Assembly (NCBI GenBank): GCA_020059045.1
Contig: JAGVCW010000022.1
Location: 1-21,943, forward strand
Source: Minisyncoccota bacterium
Lineage (GTDB): Bacteria > Patescibacteriota > Minisyncoccia > Phycocordibacterales > Zambryskibacteraceae
Direction of reading: 5' to 3'
DNA length: 21,943 nt
The notes below the pieces were generated by a model. The model was given only the letters and a program-made list of their open reading frames with translations. It was not told the DNA's origin and did not search any database. Position 1 is the first letter of the stretch. Each line of letters starts with the position of its first letter. Positions 14,927 through 21,943 of this stretch are shown piece by piece. A program made the position numbers and the translations under genes.

Positions 14927-14932
14927 GTCACT

Positions 14933-14953
14933 CCGAGCCATGCTCGGTTTTTT
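14933..14953 (+). terminator. Rho-independent terminator
   Basis: CCGAGC-cat-GCTCGG followed by TTTTTT, immediately after the stop at 14926. Confidence 0.7.
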
Positions 14954-15017
14954 CATTGCAAATTTTTAGCTGAATGCTAGTCTGAGACAAGAAGTGTCCT
15001 CCTACAAAGGAAGCAAC

Positions 15018-15452
15018 ATGACGGAACAACAGTTAGATTTAAGCCGATTTTGGGCACTCGATGCAACCCCTGAACAAGCTCGAGCAGTAAAAGCAACTTT
15101 CCTCCTTGAGTACTTGCTTTGCGCTATCGCTAGTGAAACCGGGAGTACTACGCTATGGGCAAAACCTTTAGAACTTTATAAGTATTTTTCTGTTTTTGCA
15201 AAAAAAGTTGGTTTGATTGGTGAAGTCTATGAGTTACACAATGGTATATGCATAGCTATGGAGTGGAGAAAATGCTTCGATAAGAGCAACTCTCCAGTTG
15301 ATGAAAATGAACTTATTGCAATACATTTATTTTCCTTCAATCCAGCCGCTACAATCCAAAAAGCAGTTGCTATCGCAGAGATAATTGGGATAAATGCTGA
15401 CGAAAAAACTTTGCTTGATGCTGCTCGTGCTTTTCTTGATTTTGAAAAGTAA
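15018..15452 (+). CDS. hypothetical soluble protein
   Basis: The ORF is open from the GTG at 14994. The ATG at 15018 (MTEQQLDLSRF...) has an AAGGAAG ribosome-binding site. No recognisable motif. Confidence 0.5.
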   Translation: MTEQQLDLSRFWALDATPEQARAVKATFLLEYLLCAIASETGSTTLWAKPLELYKYFSVFAKKVGLIGEVYELHNGICIAMEWRKCFDKSNSPVDENELIAIHLFSFNPAATIQKAVAIAEIIGINADEKTLLDAARAFLDFEK

Positions 15453-15456
15453 AAGT

Positions 15457-15488
15457 AACTGTACCATAAAGGTGCAGTTTTTATTTTT
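15457..15488. terminator. Rho-independent terminator between convergent genes
   Basis: AACTGTACC-ataaa-GGTGCAGTT is a 9-bp stem with one G-U pair. It is followed by TTTTTATTTTT. Confidence 0.65.
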
Positions 15489-15530
15489 AATTTTCTAATT
15501 ACTATCTGCTGTCTACTACTTATTACTACC

Positions 15531-16118
15531 TCAATTAAACCTATTCATCGCAATCTCTCTGCCTTCAAGAAACAAGGTCTCGAGTGCCCCAGTAACTTTC
15601 TTTGAAGTTTTTTTCAGTATTTCGCTTTCAGATAGCCTCCATTTTCCTAAAATGTGTTTGTCTACATCCTTATCACCACTTGGTTTCTTGATCTTGCCTG
15701 AGGGAGTTACGGGACTTATGCCAACACGAATTCTTACAAAACCTTCCGTCTTTAGCGCTTTCACAATAGATAGTACCCCCCTATGCCCACCCGTACCCCT
15801 ATTAAAGGAGATCTTAATTTTGCCTATAGGCATATCTAGATCATCGTGTATCACCACTAAAGTTTCTGCTTTCTTCTTGCTCGTTATTAGGGGCTTGAGA
15901 CTTGAACCAGATTTGTTCATAAATGTTTCTGGGAAAATTACTTGGATCTTTTCCTTCCCAACTTTTCCATCACAAGTCAGTGCTTGAAGCTTCTTATCAA
16001 ACTGAAGTTCCGGAAAGTCAAAAGACTTGAGAAAATTTAGAACCACCACTCGGCCAGCATTGTGGCGTGTATCTCGATATTCTTCACCAGGATTTCCAAG
16101 ACATGTGATTACATACAT
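15531..16118 (-). CDS. pth: peptidyl-tRNA hydrolase
   Basis: N-terminal MYVITCLGNPGEEYRDTRHNAGRVV matches the Pth signature GLGNPGxxYxxTRHNxG. Length 195 aa. Confidence 0.9.
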   Translation of the reverse strand: MYVITCLGNPGEEYRDTRHNAGRVVVLNFLKSFDFPELQFDKKLQALTCDGKVGKEKIQVIFPETFMNKSGSSLKPLITSKKKAETLVVIHDDLDMPIGKIKISFNRGTGGHRGVLSIVKALKTEGFVRIRVGISPVTPSGKIKKPSGDKDVDKHILGKWRLSESEILKKTSKKVTGALETLFLEGREIAMNRFN

Positions 16119-16274
16119 AAGTTAATTATAACAGATGATAATACGATAAAAATGTAGTGCTTTTACGGCAAGTAATAAATTTATTACGCTTTGAACACCT
16201 AAAATACCTAGAACATCCCAAACACTCTTGTGTCAAACCGTCATATCATAATACAATAATTCAAATTTAACTTT

Positions 16275-16889
16275 ATGGATGATAACAGACCTACCGTAGA
16301 TTCTACAAATACTGAACTTAAAGTAGAAACTAAAACTAAACAAAAAAGTTTTTGGAGAGAACTCGTCGAATTCGCATTTATTGCGCTTATCATTGTCATC
16401 CCGGTTAGAACATACATAGCTCAACCATTTGTGGTGAACGGTGCATCGATGGACCCAACATTTTTAAGCGGAGAGTACCTCATTGTTGATCAACTAACTT
16501 ACCACTTCGAGCAACCCGCGCGTGGATCAATACTCATATTCAAGTATCCGAAAGATCCATCTAAGTATTTCATTAAAAGGGTTATTGGGCTTCCAGGGGA
16601 AACAGTAAGTATTGTAAATGGTGTGGTTAGCATAATAAACAATGACAACAAAGAAGGGTTTGAACTAAACGAACCTTACATTAAGTTTGACAAGAAAGAT
16701 GACAGCCGCATTACTTTAGACGACGAAGAGTATTTTGTAATGGGAGATAACAGACTTGGAAGCGCAGACTCAAGACTGTGGGGACCAATGCCAGAGGAAG
16801 ATATTGTGGGCAGACCACTTGTGCGTCTCTTCCCTCTCGGGAAAATTGGCTGGATGCCAGGAGATGAGAGAGCATTATTTAAAAACTAA
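16275..16889 (+). CDS. lepB: signal peptidase I (S26 family)
   Basis: N-terminal TM, the catalytic Ser box VNGASMDPTF, and the Lys box region GDNRLGSADSRLWGPMP. Confidence 0.88.
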   Translation: MDDNRPTVDSTNTELKVETKTKQKSFWRELVEFAFIALIIVIPVRTYIAQPFVVNGASMDPTFLSGEYLIVDQLTYHFEQPARGSILIFKYPKDPSKYFIKRVIGLPGETVSIVNGVVSIINNDNKEGFELNEPYIKFDKKDDSRITLDDEEYFVMGDNRLGSADSRLWGPMPEEDIVGRPLVRLFPLGKIGWMPGDERALFKN

Positions 16890-18104
16890 ATGAAAGCAGA
16901 AAAAACAAACAAAAAAAAGCAGGCAGGTAAAGTTGCTGCGTGGGAAGCAAAAGATATGACTAAAGAAATGATTACTGCTTCGTATTTTGGATTTATTCCC
17001 ACAAAAACTCCAGATGTATCGAAGGACGACCACTCGAAACTCCGATCACTTAAAGATCCGTATTACGAAACAGACCGAATACATGCAGAATATCCGTTCT
17101 CATTTGATGCATTAGAAAAAATTGCTTTGTTCCGATCATATCTTGATTGGGGGATTGCCTCTCTTCCACACCCGGTTCTAATGTCATACAGAAAGCCAGT
17201 TCATGGGACAGAACACAAGAAGGGTACAGACTCTATCCTAGGGCTTGAAGCGTTCGGGCTTTCTGGTAGCGCCGCTGAAGCATTGCTTCTCAGGTCTGCG
17301 CTTTCAATATTAGAGGACTTGGGCTTCAAAAATCTCTGCATAGAGATAAATAGCATTGGGGACAAGGAGTCAGTTGCTGATCTCGAGCGTGCTACCGGAA
17401 CATTTGTTCGCAAAAATATTAACGCCATGAGTGCTGAAGAGCGAAGACTCGCAAAAAAAGATGTCTTTGATCTACTTCGCACCCCAAGCGAGAGATCTGA
17501 TACTGTTCCGGAAGTTCCGAAATCAATAAGTTTTCTGTCGGAGAACTCACGAATTCATTTCAAGGAAGTGCTTGAGTATATTGAGAGCTTCAATACTCCT
17601 TATACTATCAATTCTTCTCTTATCGGCTCCCCTTGCTTCTGCTCCGAAACAACTTTTAAGATTATGGAAGACGATGGAAAGAACAAGCAAACTCTTGCCC
17701 TAGGATACAGATACTCAAGACTTTCAAAAAAGATTGGTTTCAAAAAAGAACTGCCAGCAATGGGGGTAACTATTTCCCTCGACAAGAAAGATTCTGCAAA
17801 GCTCCCTAAGAAACAGTTTAAACCAAAATTTTATCTTATACAGCTCGGACTCGGTGCTAAAATGCGTGCCCTAGAAGCCATAGAAGTTCTAAGACACGCG
17901 AAGATTCCTGTGGCATTCTCGCTTGGCAAAGACAAGTTCCAGAGTCAACTTGGAAGTGCCGAAAACATGAAGGTTCCTTATGTGCTTATAATTGGACAGA
18001 AGGAGGCAATAGAGAATTCTATTGTAATAAGAGATATGAATACTCGAGTGCAAGAGACCGTAGAAATTAAAGAGCTACCGGACTACATAAGGAAGTTGAA
18101 GTAA
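16890..18104 (+). CDS. histidyl-tRNA synthetase-like class II aaRS-fold protein with an anticodon-binding domain; the N-terminal catalytic motifs appear degenerate
   Basis: IEINSIGD resembles E. coli HisS [49 protein letters not shown] resembles [51 protein letters not shown] resembles [20 protein letters not shown]...[11 protein letters not shown] resembles GGRYDGL...PAVGFAMGLER. The C-terminal [21 protein letters not shown] is an anticodon-binding fold. RGxxD, LRPEGT and GRYRQF are not recognisable. Coupled to lepB (TAA then ATG). Confidence 0.55.
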   Translation: [404 protein letters not shown]

Positions 18105-18144
18105 CATCCTTTCACTCGTCCAGTGCCCAAAAGCCAAAATGTTA

Positions 18145-18173
18145 TTGACATAACATTATTATGTTGGTATTGT
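18145..18173 (+). promoter_or_regulatory. sigma70-type promoter, TTGACA-17-TATTGT, with an inverted repeat AACAT-tatt-ATGTT in the spacer
   Basis: TTGACA at 18145-18150 and TATTGT at 18168-18173. The palindrome CATAACATTATTATGTTGG overlaps the spacer and is a possible operator. Confidence 0.45.
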
Positions 18174-18231
18174 TTGAAAAGATTGATCGTTATCATCACT
18201 AATAAATCTACTCTTAAGCAAGGACAACATC

Positions 18232-19083
18232 GTGGATGCACTCGAGACGGTTAGACGAGAAAGAGCAAGGAAAGGCATACCCGCTCCTGCCAAGAAACCG
18301 TTTGAAAGGGACGGAGCAGCGAAGTTCAAAAAGAATATTCGCCAGGCTATACTAGGTGCTGTATACTCCACCCTACCCAAATACTGCAATGTATGCAGTA
18401 ATCAGATTGAATACAGAGGTGAAAGTGCTGACAAGTGGCATCGCATCAGTCGCTGTAACAAATGCCAAGAAAGTGATCGTCACTCCCCAGAAGAAAAGTT
18501 CTGCAGTTACTGTTTGGTTATGATTGATCGTAGTGCATACATTGCAAACGATGGTACACCGATTGGATGGGGAGCTGTTTCGAGATGTACTACCTGCCGT
18601 CCCATTATCGATGACCTCATGCGCTACGTAAATAGGAGTGTTGAACAACTCACCACAAAGTTATCTTGCAGGCTTGGAGAAGCGATAGATCGTAAATCTG
18701 GTAAGAAAACCACACCACTACGTAGCCCAAGCAACAAACAACTCTCACTTCTGAAAGACCACGGAATAGCAGCGCCGCCAAATCGTCTTAGTTGCTATCG
18801 TCTCATCAACTACCTAATCATAGGAAATGAGACACTGGGAAGAAATTTCTCCGAACGTGTCAGAATTACACTTCGCTATCAGAAAAAGTGGATTGGCCGG
18901 AGGGTCTCTCTTTATGGAAGAACCGGAAAGGTTTTATGGCTCCTTCCTGTTCGTACTACGGAGGTCCTCCAACTGCGAGAGACGCACGGACACAAAAGGT
19001 TTCATCCTTTCAAAGCAGTTTTTAAGGGTGATGATAACAAAGGAAAAGTAATATTCTTATCTTTTCTGAAACAAGAAGACTAG
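18232..19083 (+). CDS. hypothetical protein with an N-terminal double zinc-ribbon region (four CxxC pairs)
   Basis: GTG start with an AAGGA ribosome-binding site. CNVC...CNKC and CSYC...CTTC. Basic C-terminal half. GC is higher than its neighbours. Followed by a strong terminator. Confidence 0.5.
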   Translation: MDALETVRRERARKGIPAPAKKPFERDGAAKFKKNIRQAILGAVYSTLPKYCNVCSNQIEYRGESADKWHRISRCNKCQESDRHSPEEKFCSYCLVMIDRSAYIANDGTPIGWGAVSRCTTCRPIIDDLMRYVNRSVEQLTTKLSCRLGEAIDRKSGKKTTPLRSPSNKQLSLLKDHGIAAPPNRLSCYRLINYLIIGNETLGRNFSERVRITLRYQKKWIGRRVSLYGRTGKVLWLLPVRTTEVLQLRETHGHKRFHPFKAVFKGDDNKGKVIFLSFLKQED

Positions 19084-19090
19084 AACACAC

Positions 19091-19121
19091 CTCAAGACAT
19101 AGAACGTCTTGAGTTTTTTTA
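19091..19121 (+). terminator. Rho-independent terminator
   Basis: CTCAAGAC-atagaac-GTCTTGAG followed by TTTTTTT. Confidence 0.8.
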
Positions 19122-19343
19122 TTGCAATTGCGGAGAATCCTTAGACGACTTGTCGCTAGGGTGAATCCGCAAATACAGACTAGATGTCGGCGAAGCCGAC
19201 ACTGCTTAGAACATTGTTTGCCCTGATGCCTCGTCTAATACCCTGCCAAAGCTTTGTGAGGAAATAGCTTATTACGAGGTATAAGACGAGGCCAATTTTA
19301 TTTACTTTACGTTCTGCTGCTCATGTGCTAATATTTTACCCCT

Positions 19344-19586
19344 ATGATAAATATTGAAGTCGAAAAGAACCAGAACGAAAATAGCCTATCCTTGCTTCGC
19401 CGATTTACCAAAAGAGTGCAAGGAGCGGGTATTTTGCCACGGGTACGCTCTATCAGATACTCCAGCAGAACTATTTCTGAAGCGGTAAAACGTAAGAAAA
19501 CCCTTAAGCTCCTAAGGAAACGTGAGGAGGTAGCAAAGCAAGTAAAATTGGGCAAAATTGTAGAAAATGTCCGACGCAGAAGATAA
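19344..19586 (+). CDS. rpsU: 30S ribosomal protein S21
   Basis: An 80-aa, highly basic protein. LLRRFTKRVQGAGIL resembles the S21 LRRFKR...G.L motif, with a Lys/Arg-rich C-terminus. Confidence 0.7.
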   Translation: MINIEVEKNQNENSLSLLRRFTKRVQGAGILPRVRSIRYSSRTISEAVKRKKTLKLLRKREEVAKQVKLGKIVENVRRRR

Positions 19587-19965
19587 ATATAACCTAAGCA
19601 TTCGCAATCTTACAAAAGGCAAGGCTCTCCCCTTGCCTTTTGTAAAGATTAAGCAAGCAATACTTGGCAATAAGTATGATTTGTCTATTGTCTTGTGTGG
19701 GGATGCTCTATCACACAGACTTAATCGAATATACAGAGGGAAGGACAAACCCACAAATGTACTATCATTCCCTCTTTCAAAACAAAAGGGAGAAATTTTT
19801 TTAAACTTGCCGCTATTAAAGCGGGAAGCACGTACAAACGATTTAAGCTTCATGATTTATACTTCACGAATGCTTATCCACGGTCTACTTCATTTGAAAG
19901 GAATGGAACATGGCGCTACAATGGAGCAAGCAGAGCAGAAGTTTTTCATTAAGTTTAATATTTGA
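19567..19965 (+). CDS. ybeY: rRNA maturation endoribonuclease YbeY
   Basis: YRGKDKPTNVLSFP and the metal-binding motif HGLLHLKGMEHG (H-x3-H-x5-H). Its start overlaps the rpsU 3' end by 20 nt. Confidence 0.8.
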   Translation: MSDAEDKYNLSIRNLTKGKALPLPFVKIKQAILGNKYDLSIVLCGDALSHRLNRIYRGKDKPTNVLSFPLSKQKGEIFLNLPLLKREARTNDLSFMIYTSRMLIHGLLHLKGMEHGATMEQAEQKFFIKFNI

Positions 19966-19975
19966 AAAACTTTCG

Positions 19976-20038
19976 CGAATGAGGAATAAGGAATGATGAG
20001 TTAAGAGAATTATTCGTCATTCGATTTTCGTCATTCGC
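19976..20038 (+). repeat. heptad purine tract, (NNN)GAAT repeated 3 times, plus an inverted-repeat hairpin after the ybeY stop; repeat family copy 3
   Basis: GAATGAGGAATAAGGAATGATGA matches GAATAAGGAATAACGAATGATGA in copy 1 at 21 of 23 positions. Flanked by GCGAATGA (19975-19982) and TCATTCGC (20031-20038), an 8-bp inverted repeat, with an extra inner TCATTCG copy. Confidence 0.55.
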
Positions 20039-20048
20039 CATTTCATTT

Positions 20049-21230
20049 ATGAGTCGAAACATCACCACAGGAATAGATATAGGAACATACCAGATTAAGG
20101 TTGTTATTGCTGAACGGACGAGCGAAGACGGCTCACACCCCAGAATCCTCGGTACAGGTTTCACTGAATCTAAGGGCCTTAGACATGGATATATAGTAAA
20201 TGTAGGTGAAGTAACAAAGACACTACGGGTAGCACTCTCACAAGCAGAGAAAGCAGCAGGCATAAAAATTAGGCAATCCTATGTATCAGTGGGTGGTGTG
20301 GGTCTTGCAAGTATAGTATCAACTGGCACCGTTATGATTACGCGTGCTGACTCTGAAATATCCGAACTTGATATAAAGAAAGCTATGGAAATTGCAGAGG
20401 AAGAAATCCCAAAAGCCCTTTCTCAGAATCGCAAAATAATATATGCAATCCCGGTTAAATATAAGGTTGACGGCAAGGAAGTAATGGGTAACCACCCACT
20501 TGGTATGCGTGGACTGAAACTTGAAGCAAGGGTTTTGTTCATAACATGCCTTGAGCATCATCTGAAAGATCTTGTGGAAGCTGTGGAGGAGGCAGGTGTA
20601 GATGTAATAGATATAGTGGCCTCACCGGTCGCAGCAAGTTTCGTGACTCTCACCAAGGCTCAAAGAATAGCTGGGTGTGTGCTTGCAAATATAGGTTCAG
20701 AAACTGTTTCTATTGTGGTGTTTGAGGATAGTAACCCGATATCACTTGAGGTTTTCCCCATTGGTTCCACAGACATTACTCATGACATAGCACTTGGTTT
20801 GAGGGTGCCGCTTGAGGAAGCGGAAAGTATAAAGCTTGGTGGTATAACACAGACCAATTATCCTAAAAAGAAACTAGACGAGATAATAAACGCGAGACTA
20901 TCAGACATGTTTGAGCTTATTGAGGCTCACCTGAAGAAAATTGGAAGGAATGGTCTTCTTCCTGCTGGTATTGTTATCACCGGAGGAGGATCAAGTATTT
21001 CTATGCTCGAGGATTTCGCGAAACTTTCGCTCAAACTTCCATCGCGAATTGCGCATATCAATTTTCCAGAAAAGGAGAAAGGTAAGTTCAGAGATGCGTT
21101 CTTTGCTACTGCACTTGGTCTCTGTATTATCGGTTTCAACGAAGGTGAAATAGGAGGTAAAATTGTAATGAAATCTTCAATAAATATTTTGAGAACTGTA
21201 AAGGATTGGTTCAGACCTTTCTTGCCATAA
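20049..21230 (+). CDS. ftsA: cell division protein FtsA
   Basis: N-terminal actin-fold phosphate-1 motif TGIDIGTYQIKVVIAE. A C-terminal amphipathic membrane-targeting helix (ILRTVKDWFRPFL). Lies upstream of ftsZ. Confidence 0.85.
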   Translation: MSRNITTGIDIGTYQIKVVIAERTSEDGSHPRILGTGFTESKGLRHGYIVNVGEVTKTLRVALSQAEKAAGIKIRQSYVSVGGVGLASIVSTGTVMITRADSEISELDIKKAMEIAEEEIPKALSQNRKIIYAIPVKYKVDGKEVMGNHPLGMRGLKLEARVLFITCLEHHLKDLVEAVEEAGVDVIDIVASPVAASFVTLTKAQRIAGCVLANIGSETVSIVVFEDSNPISLEVFPIGSTDITHDIALGLRVPLEEAESIKLGGITQTNYPKKKLDEIINARLSDMFELIEAHLKKIGRNGLLPAGIVITGGGSSISMLEDFAKLSLKLPSRIAHINFPEKEKGKFRDAFFATALGLCIIGFNEGEIGGKIVMKSSINILRTVKDWFRPFLP

Positions 21231-21620
21231 TTACAAAAAAAACTTGTCATACACTAATGACAAGATCGCACCACAACCACTAACAACCAGACCAAGTGCT
21301 CCCACTACTTGTGAACAACCACCACACTCCCTTACTGTGGTTATCTGCAAGTCTAGAAAACGCCCACAAGCATAAACACATACTTACCAAACCCCATAGG
21401 ATCCATAGCATGGTGACCTTCGTTTGGGTAGCAAATCTAATAAAACAATAACACGCGAATTTACTGCCTTCAAGGTGCTTTCCTTTTCAATCCGCTTTGT
21501 TAATATGTCTTTACTATTTAAGAAATAGAAGTATTATTCTTACATATAGGAAATTCGACGGATATTCGCCCTATTTTGACTTATCCCCTACACACAACTT
21601 ATTAAACTTATTAACTTACG

Positions 21621-21943
21621 ATGCCCCAAGTAAAACCAGACGTTGAAACATTTGCTCGAATCAAGGTAATCGGCGTAGGCGGTTCCGGCAAAAACGCGGT
21701 TAATCACATGATAAGCTCCAAGGTTCGTGGAGTAGATTTTATTGCTATAAACACTGACGCCCAAGACCTCCATCATTCACTTGCAAAAAGGAAGATTCAT
21801 ATAGGCAAAAACCTCACTCGTGGGCTCGGAACTGGTATGAATGTAGATCTCGGAAAGCGCGCCGCAGAAGAGACTAAAGAAGAAATTCAAGAATCAGTTA
21901 AGGGCGCTGATATGGTTTTCATTGCCTGTGGTATGGGAGGAGG
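21621..21943 (+). CDS. ftsZ: cell division protein FtsZ, 5' partial; continues beyond the window
   Basis: MPQVKPDVETFARIKVIGVGGSGKNAVNHM...NTDAQDL...GLGTGMN...ADMVFIACGMGGG. The tubulin signature and GGGTGxG region begin at the window end. Not in the ORF track because it is truncated. Confidence 0.85.
   Translation, partial: MPQVKPDVETFARIKVIGVGGSGKNAVNHMISSKVRGVDFIAINTDAQDLHHSLAKRKIHIGKNLTRGLGTGMNVDLGKRAAEETKEEIQESVKGADMVFIACGMGG

Noticed and set aside
21588-21776. A 62-aa minus-strand ORF overlapping the ftsZ start
   Set aside because: It is antisense to the clearly recognisable ftsZ N-terminus and has no start signals.
1-21943. A search for tRNA genes and mobile-element genes across the window
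   Set aside because: No GTTCGAATC-like T-loop within a cloverleaf context was found by eye. No transposase, integrase or recombinase motifs appear in any ORF. None are reported, but a proper tRNAscan or ISfinder run would be more sensitive.

Overview
This is a compact, low-GC bacterial chromosome segment with tightly packed genes, many of them coupled by 1-25 nt gaps or short overlaps, and weak Shine-Dalgarno usage. That style is consistent with a small-genome lineage such as Patescibacteria/CPR; lineage cannot be proven from the sequence alone. The standard genetic code fits, because long ORFs such as the 821-aa gyrA read through intact.

Recognisable housekeeping genes:
- gyrA (minus strand), 8808-11273
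- a class I SAM-dependent methyltransferase, 8215-8769
- an MBL-fold hydrolase, 11711-12352
- a short four-domain rpsA, 13160-14284
- pth, 15531-16118
- lepB coupled to a divergent HisRS-like gene, 16275-18104
- rpsU overlapping ybeY, 19344-19965
- ftsA and the 5' part of ftsZ, 20049 to the window end

The accessory locus of interest lies at 3370-8139 on the minus strand. An ABC-type family-1 solute-binding-protein homologue, with no permease or ATPase partner, overlaps by 1 nt (TAATG) the first of six tandem small pilin-like membrane proteins. Most of these have a signal peptide, a variable Cys-pair ectodomain and a conserved two-helix hairpin resembling TrbC/VirB2 pilins. A separately promoted N-anchored Cys-rich extracellular protein follows. 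No VirB4/VirB6 or other type IV secretion machinery lies in the window.

Other points worth a second look:
- a heptad-periodic purine tract, (NNN)GAAT repeated 3-5 times, sits directly after the stop codon and ahead of a hairpin at three unrelated genes
- a roughly 200-nt GC-rich structured candidate ncRNA has a textbook promoter and its own terminator, 12454-12684
- a 51-aa lmo0937-like membrane protein is missing from the ORF track
- the first 3.3 kb is GC-elevated and carries an SPFH-like protein and a polytopic membrane protein behind repeated UGUAA-loop hairpins
- a GC-shifted, terminator-bounded two-gene insert lies between rpsA and pth
- the non-coding ftsA-ftsZ spacer is unusually long, about 390 nt

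No CRISPR array, tRNA, rRNA, transposase or integrase was found.
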